DNA of 64,000 nucleotides from Octopus bimaculoides. Lineage: Eukaryota. The notes beneath the pieces were generated by a model that saw only the letters and a program-made list of their open reading frames with translations, was not told the origin of the DNA and ran no database searches. The DNA is taken from the NCBI RefSeq assembly GCF_001194135.2, contig NC_068987.1, positions 3,082,371 through 3,146,370 of the forward strand. The letters run 5' to 3'. The translations under genes were made by a program, and so were the position numbers. Position 1 is the first letter of the stretch; every line of letters starts with the position of its first letter. This document shows positions 49,113 through 59,924 of the stretch, in pieces.

Positions 49113-50064
49113 AGACAGATAGATAATGTGTGTGAGTGTGAATGTGCGTATTTGCCCCTCAATATCACTCTACAACCGGTGCTAGTTTATTTACGTCCCC
49201 TTAACTTAGCGGTTCGCAAAAGAAGTCAATAGAACTACCAGACTTGGGGCAAAACAAACTCAAGTATCGGGGTCGATTCGTTCGAATACAAATCCTTTCA
49301 AAGACGGTGCTCCAGCACTGCCGCACTCAAACGACTGAAACAAGTACAAGATAATAAATAGATAAACAAACCCCGTTTTAATCTATTCACTTCTTTCTCA
49401 CTTCNNNNNNNNNNNNNNNNNNNNNNNNNNNNNNNNNNNNNNNNNNNNNNNNNNNNNNNNNNNNNNNNNNNNNNNNNNNNNNNNNNNNNNNNNNNNNNNN
49501 NNNNNNNNNNNNNNNNNNNNNNNNNNNNNNNNNNNNNNNNNNNNNNNNNNNNNNNNNNNNNNNNNNNNNNNNNNNNNNNNNNNNNNNNNNNNNNNNNNNN
49601 NNNNNNNNNNNNNNNNNNNNNNNNNNNNNNNNNNNNNNNNNNNNNNNNNATAGGAAAGATGCCGGCAGGAGGTAAATACTTATCAAAGACACTATTTGTT
49701 AAAATTCTATGAGAAATGTCAAATTTTGTGTGGGTTCTTTTTTAAAAACAGAATTTGCAAAACCTAAATGTCTCTCTGAGTAAAGACGAAACGGAAAAAA
49801 AAACCTGAGAAATATCAGTTGCATTCATTTTCGCCGACATCGTTTTTATTAATTAATATTTGCTGCTAATTTGTAGAACATTGAAAATATTTCAATTTAA
49901 TGAAAGCTTTTAAATGTTTTGATATCATGTATTTCGTTTAATACTACCATCGTAATGTGATTAGAGTCCTGATAATATAAAATCAGCGAGAAAGAACGAA
50001 ATAGAGACATTAACAAGTGGAGAAAATGAAAGTATGATTTTTATGTCTTGTGGCTGTTTAAAGT

Positions 50065-50640
50065 TCCTCTGTTAAAATTCGGCCTTTCGTCCTCTCGGGA
50101 TCGATAAATAGTAAATTCCAATTGAACATTGGGGTCGATGTAATCGATTTATCCTTTGCCTGAATTTACTGGCCTTGTGCCAAAATTTCAAATCATTATT
50201 ATTATTGAGAGCAGCAGCGCAGGCCATCTTTAGTGACACTGGGATATAAACATACGAAGCCCGTCTGATGAGGGTACACCGGGCACATGCTGTACAACGA
50301 TATGTGCGCGACATAGTGATCTCATATCAAGGTAAACAGCGCATGAGCTTGCAGGTGAATTTTCTTAACCCATTCCTGCTCAGGTCCCGGAATAATTATT
50401 ATTATTAATTTCGCCGAGGTCGACTTTACCTTTCATCCTTTCGAAGTCGATGAATTAAGTACCAGTAAAACACTAGGGATCGATCTAATCGACTGGTCCC
50501 CTCCCCCAAATTTCAGTCTATGTGCCTTTAGCAGAAAGGATTATTATTATTATTACTATTATTTCTGGATCCGAGTTCAAATTCCGTCAAGGGTGACTTT
50601 GCCTTTCATCCTTTTGGGGTCGGTAAAATAAAGTACGAAT
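50065..50640. mobile_element. CpG-rich (young) family B SINE copies, one - and two +
   Basis: About 50065-50185 (-), 50405-50550 (+) and 50565-50640 (+); retain CpGs (GCCGAGGTCGACTTT). Confidence 0.75.
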
Positions 50641-50730
50641 CAGATGTGTACCCTCATAACTTCCAGAAAAACGGATACTTTTTAACGAAATTTTCAACAA
50701 GAACCGCTTCGATGCTATGGATTCGGAGTA

Positions 50731-51096
50731 TATTCTTTTATTTGTTTCAGTCATTTGACTGCGGCCATGCTGGAGCACCGCCTTTAGTCGAACAAATCGA
50801 TCCCAGGACTTATTCTTTGGAAGCCTAGTACTTATCCTATCGGAGTCTTTTGCCGTCGCTAAGTAACAGAAACGTAAACACACCAACATCGGTTGTCAAG
50901 CGATAGTGGGGGGACAAACACATACATGTATTTATACGACGGGCTTCTTTCAGTTTCCGTCTACCAAATCCACTCACAAGGCTTTAATCTGCCCCAGGCT
51001 ATAGTAGAAGACACTTGCCCAAGGTGCCATGCAGTGGGACTGAACTCAGAACCATGTGGTTGGTAAGCAAGCTACTTACCACACAGCCACTCCTGC
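50731..51096 (-). mobile_element. tRNA-headed SINE family A, best-preserved copy
   Basis: Head GCAGGAGTGGCTGTGTGGTAAG...GAGTTCAGTCCC, body GGCACCTTGGGCAAGTGTCTTCTAC, tail ...ATGACTGAAACAAATAAAAGAATA; other copies near 1400-1670, 3450-3720, 6852-6935, 11636-11800, 27585-27780, 49130-49355. Confidence 0.85.
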
Positions 51097-52456
51097 ACTT
51101 ATTGGGATTTTTATGGGAAAGAATTTTCTCCGAAGGGGTGAAGAGAGCAGTTTCGGAAAATTTACACAATCCGACTTTTTTCCCCTCATAACTTTCAGGA
51201 AAATGGATATCCTTTAATGAAATGTTATGCAAATACCTTTCAAACGTCAAAGATTATAAGGAAATTTGTGGGGGANNNNNNNNNNNNNNNNNNNNNNNNN
51301 NNNNNNNNNNNNNNNNNNNNNNNNNNNNNNNNNNNNNNNNNNNNNNNNNNNNNNNNNNNNNNNNNNNNNNNNNNNNNNNNNNNNNNNNNNNNNNNNNNNN
51401 NNNNNNNNNNNNNNNNNNNNNNNNNNNNNNNNNNNNNNNNNNNNNNNNNNNNNNNNNNNNNNNNNNNNNNNNNNNNNNNNNNNNNNNNNNNNNNNNNNNN
51501 NNNNNNNNNNNNNNNNNNNNNNNNNNNNNNNNNNNCGAATGCGTTGATGTTTTTCAATATTTTTCTCGCCATAAATACATTTATATGCTATAAAAAAATC
51601 AAAAAAATCGGAAAAATGATTTTTTTTTTGCAACCTCACTCGCTACCTCCGATTGTTTCCGTTTATAATTTAAAATATTGGAGAGTCTGAGAAGGTCATT
51701 GCTGGTATTTATCGACAGGGATTAAAAAAGAAAAGTGTGTAAAAGATTGTTCATTTTAATAGCTTACTTTTTCTGCTAGAAAATGATTTTTCTTACACAC
51801 ACACACGATTTCGCTTGAGGTAAAAAAAAATTTTGTTACTTGTATTTCACCAATGGACCCATTTAATGTGCAAAAGCTGGTTCCATATGATGGGATGGAT
51901 TAATGTTTGAACAAGTCCTCCGATTAACTCCCTTCTCACCTCTGCTCCTCTCATCAACATAACATTGAAATGAGTGATGATAAGCATACCCATTAACATC
52001 ACTCATTTCAATCATATCAGTCACATTGTTCCTTTCCTCTCAGTTATATATTCCCTAGGTTTCATTTGCAGTTTTTCATTGTCTATGGCCAATAACCATT
52101 AATATGCCATCATTGGAATAGCCATTATATTTTATACTTTCTTTATTTCAGGGTTTCTAATGATATTGAGATTTTGAAGACTAAAGAATGACATTACAAG
52201 AAATACTTCACAGGGTGTCCTTGGTAAAGTGCCATTAATTTCCCATTCCTGTAATCCATGGCATCAAAATTGACTGAGACTTTCCTCTTATATAACGTCT
52301 TTCATCAGTTCTGATTTGTAAGTTCCAGACAAATGTATAAGATACCAACTTCATTTGAAGAAAACGGTCTTAATTGGAAATATCTACAGAAATATTTTTA
52401 TACTGAAAATTATGGGAGAAAAGTAACTTTCTGTTTAATGAAAAACACTTGAAATT

Positions 52457-53722
52457 ATGGAGAAGCTAAATGAACGACTGGATGATAATAGAAGAGAGAC
52501 TGGCAAGACTGAGGTCTCTCCTCATCACACAGAGAAAGTGTACAAGTGTGACATATGTGGGAAGTGTTTTAAAATCAGAAGATGTTTTATACAACATAAA
52601 TTACTCCATAAACAACCTAAACACGTGTGTGATATATGTGGGAAAAAGTTCTCTACTAATCAATGTTTATCTAAACACAAACGTATTCACACAGGAGAGA
52701 AGCCATATCATTGTGACATTTGTGAGAAAAAATTCTCTGAAAATTGTATTTTGTTGAAACATAAACGTATTCACACTGGAGAAAAGCCATTTCATTGTGA
52801 TATTTGTGGGAAAACATTTGCTGAAAATAGCAATGTATTGATTCATAAACGAATGCATACAGGCGAGAAACCATATCAGTGTAATGTTTGTAACAAAGCA
52901 TTTTCAGTGAAAAGTAATTTATCAAAACATAAACGTACTCATACAGGCGAGAAACCCTATCGTTGTGATGTCTGTGATAAAACCTTCTCTGCTAATGACA
53001 CTTTATTCAACCACAAACGTATTCATACGGGAGAAAAACCATATCATTGTGATGTCTGTGGGAAAACATTTTCTGAAAATAGATCTTTGTCTACTCACAA
53101 GCGTATTCACACCGGAGAAAAACCATACCATTGTGATATTTGTGGTAAAGCATTCTCCAACAGTAGTTCTTTATCGACTCACAAACGTATTCACACAGGA
53201 GAAAAACCTTACCATTGTGATGTGTGTGGTAAAACATTCTCTAAAAGCAGTAACATATCCATTCATATTCGCATTCACACAGGAGAGAAACCATATCGTT
53301 GTGACATTTGTCGCAAGACATTCTCTGAAAATAGTACTTTATCTAAGCATAGACGTATCCATACAGGAGAAAGGCCATACCATTGTGATATCTGTGATAG
53401 CACATTCAATAATAATAGTTCATTATCTACACACCGGAAATTTCACACAGGAGAAAAACCATATCATTGTGATATCTGTGGCAAGACATTCTCTGTTAGC
53501 AGTTCTTTATCGAAACACAAACGTACACACACTGGAGAAAAACCTTACCATTGTGACATTTGTGGTAAGACATTCTCTGAAAGTAGTTCTTTAGCCAAAC
53601 ACAAACGTACACACACTGGAGAAAAGCCATACCTTTGTGATATTTGTGGTAAATCTTTCTCTGATAGTAGCTCTTTTTCTAGACATAAACGCAATCATTC
53701 AGGAAAAATCTTACCATTGTGA
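52457..53722 (+). CDS. C2H2 zinc-finger protein A, 421 aa, 14 tandem fingers, no KRAB/SCAN/BTB domain
   Basis: 14 CxxC-x12-HxxxH units, 12 joined by TGEKP/TGERP linkers; candidate 5'UTR acceptor ctttatttcag ending at 52151. Confidence 0.95.
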   Translation: MEKLNERLDDNRRETGKTEVSPHHTEKVYKCDICGKCFKIRRCFIQHKLLHKQPKHVCDICGKKFSTNQCLSKHKRIHTGEKPYHCDICEKKFSENCILLKHKRIHTGEKPFHCDICGKTFAENSNVLIHKRMHTGEKPYQCNVCNKAFSVKSNLSKHKRTHTGEKPYRCDVCDKTFSANDTLFNHKRIHTGEKPYHCDVCGKTFSENRSLSTHKRIHTGEKPYHCDICGKAFSNSSSLSTHKRIHTGEKPYHCDVCGKTFSKSSNISIHIRIHTGEKPYRCDICRKTFSENSTLSKHRRIHTGERPYHCDICDSTFNNNSSLSTHRKFHTGEKPYHCDICGKTFSVSSSLSKHKRTHTGEKPYHCDICGKTFSESSSLAKHKRTHTGEKPYLCDICGKSFSDSSSFSRHKRNHSGKILPL

Positions 53723-53766
53723 TTTGTGCGAAAGTACATTCACTACTTGTAATTCATTCTCTACAC

Positions 53767-54495
53767 CAGTGGTTCTCAATCGGGGTCTATATGACTCTTT
53801 GAGGTCCATGTGACCACTTGGGGTCCATATAAGACTTTTGGCAGTCCACACAAGCAAAATAGTAAATGGGGTCCACAAGTAGTAGTTTATGGACCCATGA
53901 AAAATTTTGCTTTAGATTCATTGGAAAAAAAAAACAGATTTCTTTAATGTTTTACATAGTTCAGACTCTACAAGTGAACATCATCATCATTTAACATCCA
54001 CTTTCCATGCTGGCATGGGTTGGATGGTTTGACCAAGGACTGGTGAGCCAGAAGGCTGCACCAAGCTCCAATCTGATCTGGCAAAGTTTCTACAGCTGGA
54101 TGCCCTTCCTAACACCAACCACTCCGAGAGTGTAGTGGGTGCTTTTACGTGCCACCAGTATGAGGGCCAGTCAGGTGGCTCTGGCAACGACCATGCTCAA
54201 ATGTTTTTCATGTGCCAGTAAGGTGACGCTGGCAACGATCATGCTCAAATGGTGCTTTTTACATGCCACCAGCATGGGAGTCAATCCGTAGCCCAGATGT
54301 GCCTTTAACATTCCACTGGCACGAGTGCCAATCAGGCGATACTGCCATCAGCCACATCAGCGATTTTGAGGTGAAACGCAAAATAGGAAGCATCTATAAA
54401 ACTAGTTTTTAAACATCAAATGGCCGGGGGTGAGGTCACCAGAATAAAACAGTAATCAAAGGATTTGATAGGCAAAAAATGGTAGAGAACCACTG
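53767..54495. mobile_element. hAT (Charlie-like) MITE inserted in the fossil finger 15 of ZNF gene A, with a nested family C repeat
   Basis: TIRs CAGTGGTTCTCAA / CAGTGGTTCTCTA; flanks ctctacac / attttcac (5 of 8 match, degenerate TSD). Confidence 0.75.
53984..54365 (-). mobile_element. Family C copy nested in the hAT MITE
   Basis: (CAT)n-TTAACATCCACTTTCCATGCTGGC... plus internal tandem units. Confidence 0.85.
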
Positions 54496-55189
54496 ATTTT
54501 CACACTAAAGATAAACCATCCACCAGTGTGATATCTGCAGAATATAGTTGACAATACTTCTTTCTGAAAACCACATTTTCATTGAGAGAGATCATTCTTC
54601 ACAATTCTCCAACTTGGTACTGATGCTCTTCCCACCCCAACGTTTTTATTTTTGGTTCTGTGAGGAAATATGGCTGTGCTTTTGACCGTTGTAGACTCTG
54701 TGACTGGGTCACAGTTGGTGCAACAAAAACTTTGATACCAAATAATAAATATTTAAGTGAAGTTAACAGTCTTTGTGTTTTTTTGAACAGTTAATAGGCA
54801 GCTTTCAGTGTTGTAATTGCTTTAGTTTCAATACAAGGTAACATACCAAATCACTTGCCAGACAAATATGCTTCTGAAATGATTTAAATTGAACATCTGA
54901 AAGTCAATGGCTTTGGGGAAAGCCATGCAGTGGTGATTGGGAATGAAATCTTGAGTGTGACATTATGGGGGTGAAGGATGGACTAAAATGGTTAGTGCAG
55001 GGTCTGGTGAAGAGGGTGGAGTGGACAGTATGGATGAAGAGAGGAAGAGTGAATAGTGTATTGGGTGGAGTTCAGAAGATGAGATGCCATTGGAGTGGCG
55101 ATGAGGAAAGTAAAATGAGACTGAGATGTGGAAATAGGGTTCCGTTGTCTTGAATTTTGTAGTTGTAACATTTTCCTCCACCTTTTCAG

Positions 55190-55360
55190 GAACGGGGGAC
55201 AAACCATCTTTTAGAAAATTACTATTTCTAAATCTCACAACATGAGATATTCAGCAACAGTACTTTGTAGTAAAGATTGTTTGCCAACATAACATTCGTC
55301 CCAGATCGGGACTGCCATGTTATGTTGGCAAACAATCTTTGCTACAAACCATCTTTTGTC
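55190..55360. repeat. Second member of the fold-back family with a shorter hairpin
   Basis: Shares GAAAATTACTATTT.TAAATCTCACAAC..GAGATATTCAG...GCCAACATAACAT with 7083-7162; about 32-bp arms, about 21-nt loop. Confidence 0.8.
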
Positions 55361-56069
55361 CCCCTTTTTCCTAATTAAAATGCAACCCTACAAAAATAGG
55401 CCCATGCACTTTTTTCTTTAATTTTTCCTTTAGGAACAATTTGTTGGGTCTCCATACAGTTTTGCAACTCTGCATCAGGAACAAAGGAAAACGACACTTC
55501 TCAGCAAAATTTACCAATTGGCCACAGTATAATATACATCAGAGAATTGGACCATACCTTCATTGCTGTGCAGAACTTGCCACTGTTGTACTCTGAGAAT
55601 TGTGAATGTTAATGATCTTTGTGTCATCCTCATCATTTAATGTTCTCTTTCCATTCTGGCATGGGTTGGATGGTTTGACTGGAAAATAGTAAGCCCGGGA
55701 GCTGCACCAGGTTCCTGTCTGATATGGCAAGTTTTCTATGGCTGGATGCCCTTCATAATGCCAACCACTCTGAGAGTATAGTGGATGTTTTTTACGTTCC
55801 ACTGGCACAGGTGCCAATGACCTGACACTAGCATCAACCACAACTACAGTCTCACTTGGCTTGACAGGTTAACACAAGTACGGTATATCACCAAGGGTCT
55901 TAGTTACCTATCACTGTTTCTACGAGGCCCAATGCTTGAATGGTGCTTTTCATGTGCCATTCAGACAGCACTGGCATCACCCACATGAAATCAACTGTAT
56001 GTGGTGGCCAGATTACAGTTCCGATTCTGAAGCATCAGCAAATCAGAAATACTTTGTGCAATCTAAGAT

Positions 56070-56460
56070 GTATGGAAAAGTAGAGACCACCTTACTCTGT
56101 GGGATGAAGTTAAAATAATAGAGAACACTACTAGAAAATACAAAAATTAAAAGAGGCAGCACATATACTAGGACACAATAACCTCCTAAGCAGACCGAGT
56201 GCAGATATGTGTAGACTATGGGAAGCGGTATTATGGAAGGATACAAAAATATTAGGTTTATAAGCACTAAAATACCCTCTGTAATTGCTCACAAGCATAT
56301 AGCGTAATGGTTAAGAGTGCAGGCTACTAACCCCAAGATTCAGAGTTCTTAAATAATAACAATAACAACATCAGCAAAAAATACCTGAGGAATGAGAACC
56401 CAGGGTTGGGTTCAAAATTCTACCAGGACACCTGATGAAGGCTGAAGAGTAAATCAAATC
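56070..56460 (+). mobile_element. Family D copy 5: degenerate PLE EN C-terminus, tRNA-like head and 5' half of the hammerhead motif
   Basis: VWKSRDHLTLWDEVKII..., clearly similar to 22593-22820; head at 56301; CTGATGA at 56432-56438. Confidence 0.8.
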
Positions 56461-58082
56461 ATCCTGCTGTTTTTACATTTCTTTTACACATCTCCGTATA
56501 TCCACATCCATTATCGTACAACATAAATTCATGATTCATTAAAATTGTCTCCACCTCTAGAGGATGTATCAATAATTTATGTCATAGGGTATTTGATATA
56601 CCTGTATTTGTCTATGTTGTTCAAATGCATAGACAAAAGGTGTTTCTCTTTGATTAGTTTGTTTCAATTATGGGCATAACTACAGATTTCTGCCTCCCAC
56701 CCCACTCGGAATTTGGATGATCATACCTTTCAGAAAAATGGATAGTCCGAGGTATATTTGTAGAGGATTTCATTAAAAAAATATCCATTTTCTTGAAAGT
56801 CAAGACGAATTGCAGTGGACTCCGGNNNNNNNNNNNNNNNNNNNNNNNNNNNNCCACCCCTTCTAAAACACCCCCAACTCCCCGAAAAAATTTGTATATT
56901 CAGAATCTGTATGATATAACACATATTCGTAGTTATGCCAAATTATGCATGCATAAACACTGGTAATTATTTTTTGAATGAAACCTAATCCAAGACGATC
57001 AAGACCACTAAAGATGATTTCAGTCGTCATCATTTTTCTTTCTTTTTATATGTCGAGGACTAGATTGCTAAATGTTGTCTCTCTCTCATTAAAAAAAAAA
57101 TTTAATGAAGCGGTTTGAGTAGGGTTTGGCTGCTATTTTGGGGAGGTCAAAAACTACGTAGGAAATTAGAAACAAGAGATGCAAATTAAATGTTGTCAGT
57201 CCATTAAGCTATTGGGGATTTTTAATTGATGTCACCGGTGTTGTAGAGGCAGGGAAAATATATTGAGGGACACCGTCGCCGTATTATCAAATGTGATTAA
57301 TCTAATTAATCTATATATGTGTACGGATTATCATGATATTAAAGTGGACTGATGTTTATGGTATAGCAGAGAGCAAACAGGCTTCAGAGTCCGTGATCCA
57401 GTACCTGCAGGGTTACTTATTTCATCATAAAACCATTCCATCAATTGCTTGTTCCCTGTTCTCCAAGACAGACAAAAATAGGTTTTAATCCCCAACCAAT
57501 GAACGATTAGCTTTCCTGATCCTTCTTCATATTCCGACTGGTTTTCCGGTCTAAAGCGCTTATTTGGATTGTTATTGCACTCTACCCTGTACATTCTTTT
57601 ATTATCCATGTATTCCCGATTTACTTAATCTACGGACATACACACATATGTGTATATATACATACATCATTTACTCATCTCTCCCTCCCTCTCTTTATAT
57701 ATACCCTTTCTTTCTTCAACATCAGTCGTAATGCTGTCATACCTTTCCTCGTGTTAACCGATCGCTCCATTCAAACTTGCCACAAATCAGTTTATAATCG
57801 ATCTTTATTGTTTTAGCCGACGTAGCATCCGTTCTTAATGTTCATATATTTCTTAATGTAGAAATAGAAATGTTTTTGTCAACAACTTGTGTGTCACTCG
57901 GAGAAGTGTCATCCAGCAACTAACATTGTGGTGGTGGTAAGTAGAAAAGTATGTCTACATTGTATATATTCCTTTTTTGTGAACAGTTGCACGTGATATC
58001 CAAGACAAGAAACTGAAACATAATAGAATATATATATATTTACAGATATTTCTCAACTTTTAAGAATATCTCGAGATTTTAT

Positions 58083-59924
58083 ATGGAGGACGTTAAAAAC
58101 TTGGACACCTCAAATACAGTTGTTTTTATTAATATAAATCCAACGACATGGACAAACAGTGGCGAGGAACCGTTACCTCGTGAAGTGTTTACTAAACAAA
58201 GATCTGAACACAGCAGCAATTCTGAATATCGCTGTGAGATTTGTAAGAAAATATTCACTTCAGAAAGCGAAGTTTTGAGGCACAAAGAAATACACAATAG
58301 GGAAAAGCCTTACCACTGTGATATTTGTGGGAAATCTTTTCTCTATAATTGTAATTTAATAAGTCATAAAAGAATCCACACTGGAGAGAAACCATTCCAT
58401 TGTGAAGTGTGTGGTAAGTCTTTTGTTCAGAATAGTAATTTAACAATTCACAAACGGATACACACGGGAGAGAAACCGTATTCTTGTGATGTCTGTGGAA
58501 AGTCTTTCGTTAATAATAGTGATTTAAATCGGCACAAAAAAATACACACCGGAGAGAAGCCCTGTCATTGTGAGATCTGTGGAAAATCGTTTATCACCAA
58601 CACTAAATTAACAACACACATAAGAATACACACGGGAGAGAAACGGTTCCATTGCGACACATGTGGCAAATTCTTCACACAGAATTCGAATCTTGTTATT
58701 CACAAACGTAGACACACTGGAGAAAAACCTTTTCACTGTGATATCTGTGGGAAAGCATATATCACGAATGGTCTATTAAAAACACATAAAATTGTACACA
58801 CTGGAGAAAATCCATTTCATTGCGATGTCTGTGGGAAATCATTTTCTGTTAATTCTAGTCTTGTCGTTCATAAAAGGATACATACTGGAGAAAAACCGTA
58901 TCGTTGTGAGATTTGTGGCAAATCTTTCATCTCTAATTCTAAGCTGACAATCCACATACGTAGCCATACTGGAGAACAGCCATATAGTTGTGAAATATGT
59001 GGGGAATCTTTTGTGTCGAATTCCAAACTTACAATCCACATTCGTAGTCACACAGGGGAACAACCATATTGCTGTGAAATCTGTGGTAAATCTTTTGTAA
59101 ATAATTGTGATTTAAACAGACATAGGAGAATCCATACAGGAGAGAAGCCATTCCACTGCGAAACCTGTGGTAAATCCTTTATTGATAATTCTCACCTTGT
59201 AGTTCATAAAAGAATCCACACTGGTGAAAAACCACATCATTGCGAAATATGTGGGAAATCTTTTGTGTCAAATAGTTATTTAACAAGTCACAAGCGAATC
59301 CATACAGGAGAGAAACCATTCCATTGTGAAATCTGTGGCAAATCTTTCATCACCAACGGTCTTTTGAAAGCACACAGAGTAATTCACACTGGAGAGAAAC
59401 CTTTCCACTGTGAAATCTGCGGCAAGTCCTTTATTACAAATGGTCTTCTACAAACTCACAAAAGAATACACACGGGAGAGAAACCATTCCACTGTGAAAT
59501 CTGTGGCAAATCTTTTATCACTAATGGCCACTTAACGACACACAAAAGGACACACACAGGTGAAAAACCTTTCTATTGTGAAATATGTGGCCAGTCGTTT
59601 ATTACTAATAGTCTGTTAAAAACACACAAAATAAGACATTCTGGAGAGAAGCCATTCCATTGTGATATTTGTGGCAAATCTTTTATTGCTAATGGTCTTT
59701 TATCAATCCATAAAAGGATCCATACTGGAGAAAAACCATTTCAATGTGAAATATGTGGAAAATCTTTTGTTAATAATGCAAATCTTGTAATCCACATACG
59801 AACTCACACTGGAGAGAAACCGTTCCACTGTGAACTGTGTGGGAAATCTTTTGTTTGTAATGATTATTTGAAGAGACATAGGCGTATACATAGTGGAGGG
59901 AAGAGTTCTAACTGTGAAACTTGA
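58083..59924 (+). CDS. C2H2 zinc-finger protein B, 613 aa, 20 tandem fingers, no effector domain
   Basis: 48-aa leader plus 20 fingers with TGEKP-type linkers; candidate 5'UTR intron 57937-58045 (GTG|gtaagt ... tttacag|). Confidence 0.96.
   Translation: MEDVKNLDTSNTVVFININPTTWTNSGEEPLPREVFTKQRSEHSSNSEYRCEICKKIFTSESEVLRHKEIHNREKPYHCDICGKSFLYNCNLISHKRIHTGEKPFHCEVCGKSFVQNSNLTIHKRIHTGEKPYSCDVCGKSFVNNSDLNRHKKIHTGEKPCHCEICGKSFITNTKLTTHIRIHTGEKRFHCDTCGKFFTQNSNLVIHKRRHTGEKPFHCDICGKAYITNGLLKTHKIVHTGENPFHCDVCGKSFSVNSSLVVHKRIHTGEKPYRCEICGKSFISNSKLTIHIRSHTGEQPYSCEICGESFVSNSKLTIHIRSHTGEQPYCCEICGKSFVNNCDLNRHRRIHTGEKPFHCETCGKSFIDNSHLVVHKRIHTGEKPHHCEICGKSFVSNSYLTSHKRIHTGEKPFHCEICGKSFITNGLLKAHRVIHTGEKPFHCEICGKSFITNGLLQTHKRIHTGEKPFHCEICGKSFITNGHLTTHKRTHTGEKPFYCEICGQSFITNSLLKTHKIRHSGEKPFHCDICGKSFIANGLLSIHKRIHTGEKPFQCEICGKSFVNNANLVIHIRTHTGEKPFHCELCGKSFVCNDYLKRHRRIHSGGKSSNCET

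Larger units (their letters stand above)
53709..54605 (+). pseudogene. Decayed extra zinc fingers of gene A (out-of-frame finger 15 and remains of finger 16), split by a hAT MITE
   Basis: After a 2-nt deletion in the linker the frame reads YHCDLCESTFTTCNSFST; after the MITE it resumes as FHTKDKP..CDIC. Confidence 0.75.

Noticed and set aside
50255-50285. GCCCG-T-CTGATGA...CGGGC hairpin
   Set aside because: No stem II or GAAA; not a hammerhead
52470-53594. Alternative-frame and antisense ORFs over the ZNF genes (also 58079-59942)
   Set aside because: Shadow ORFs of the repetitive finger codons
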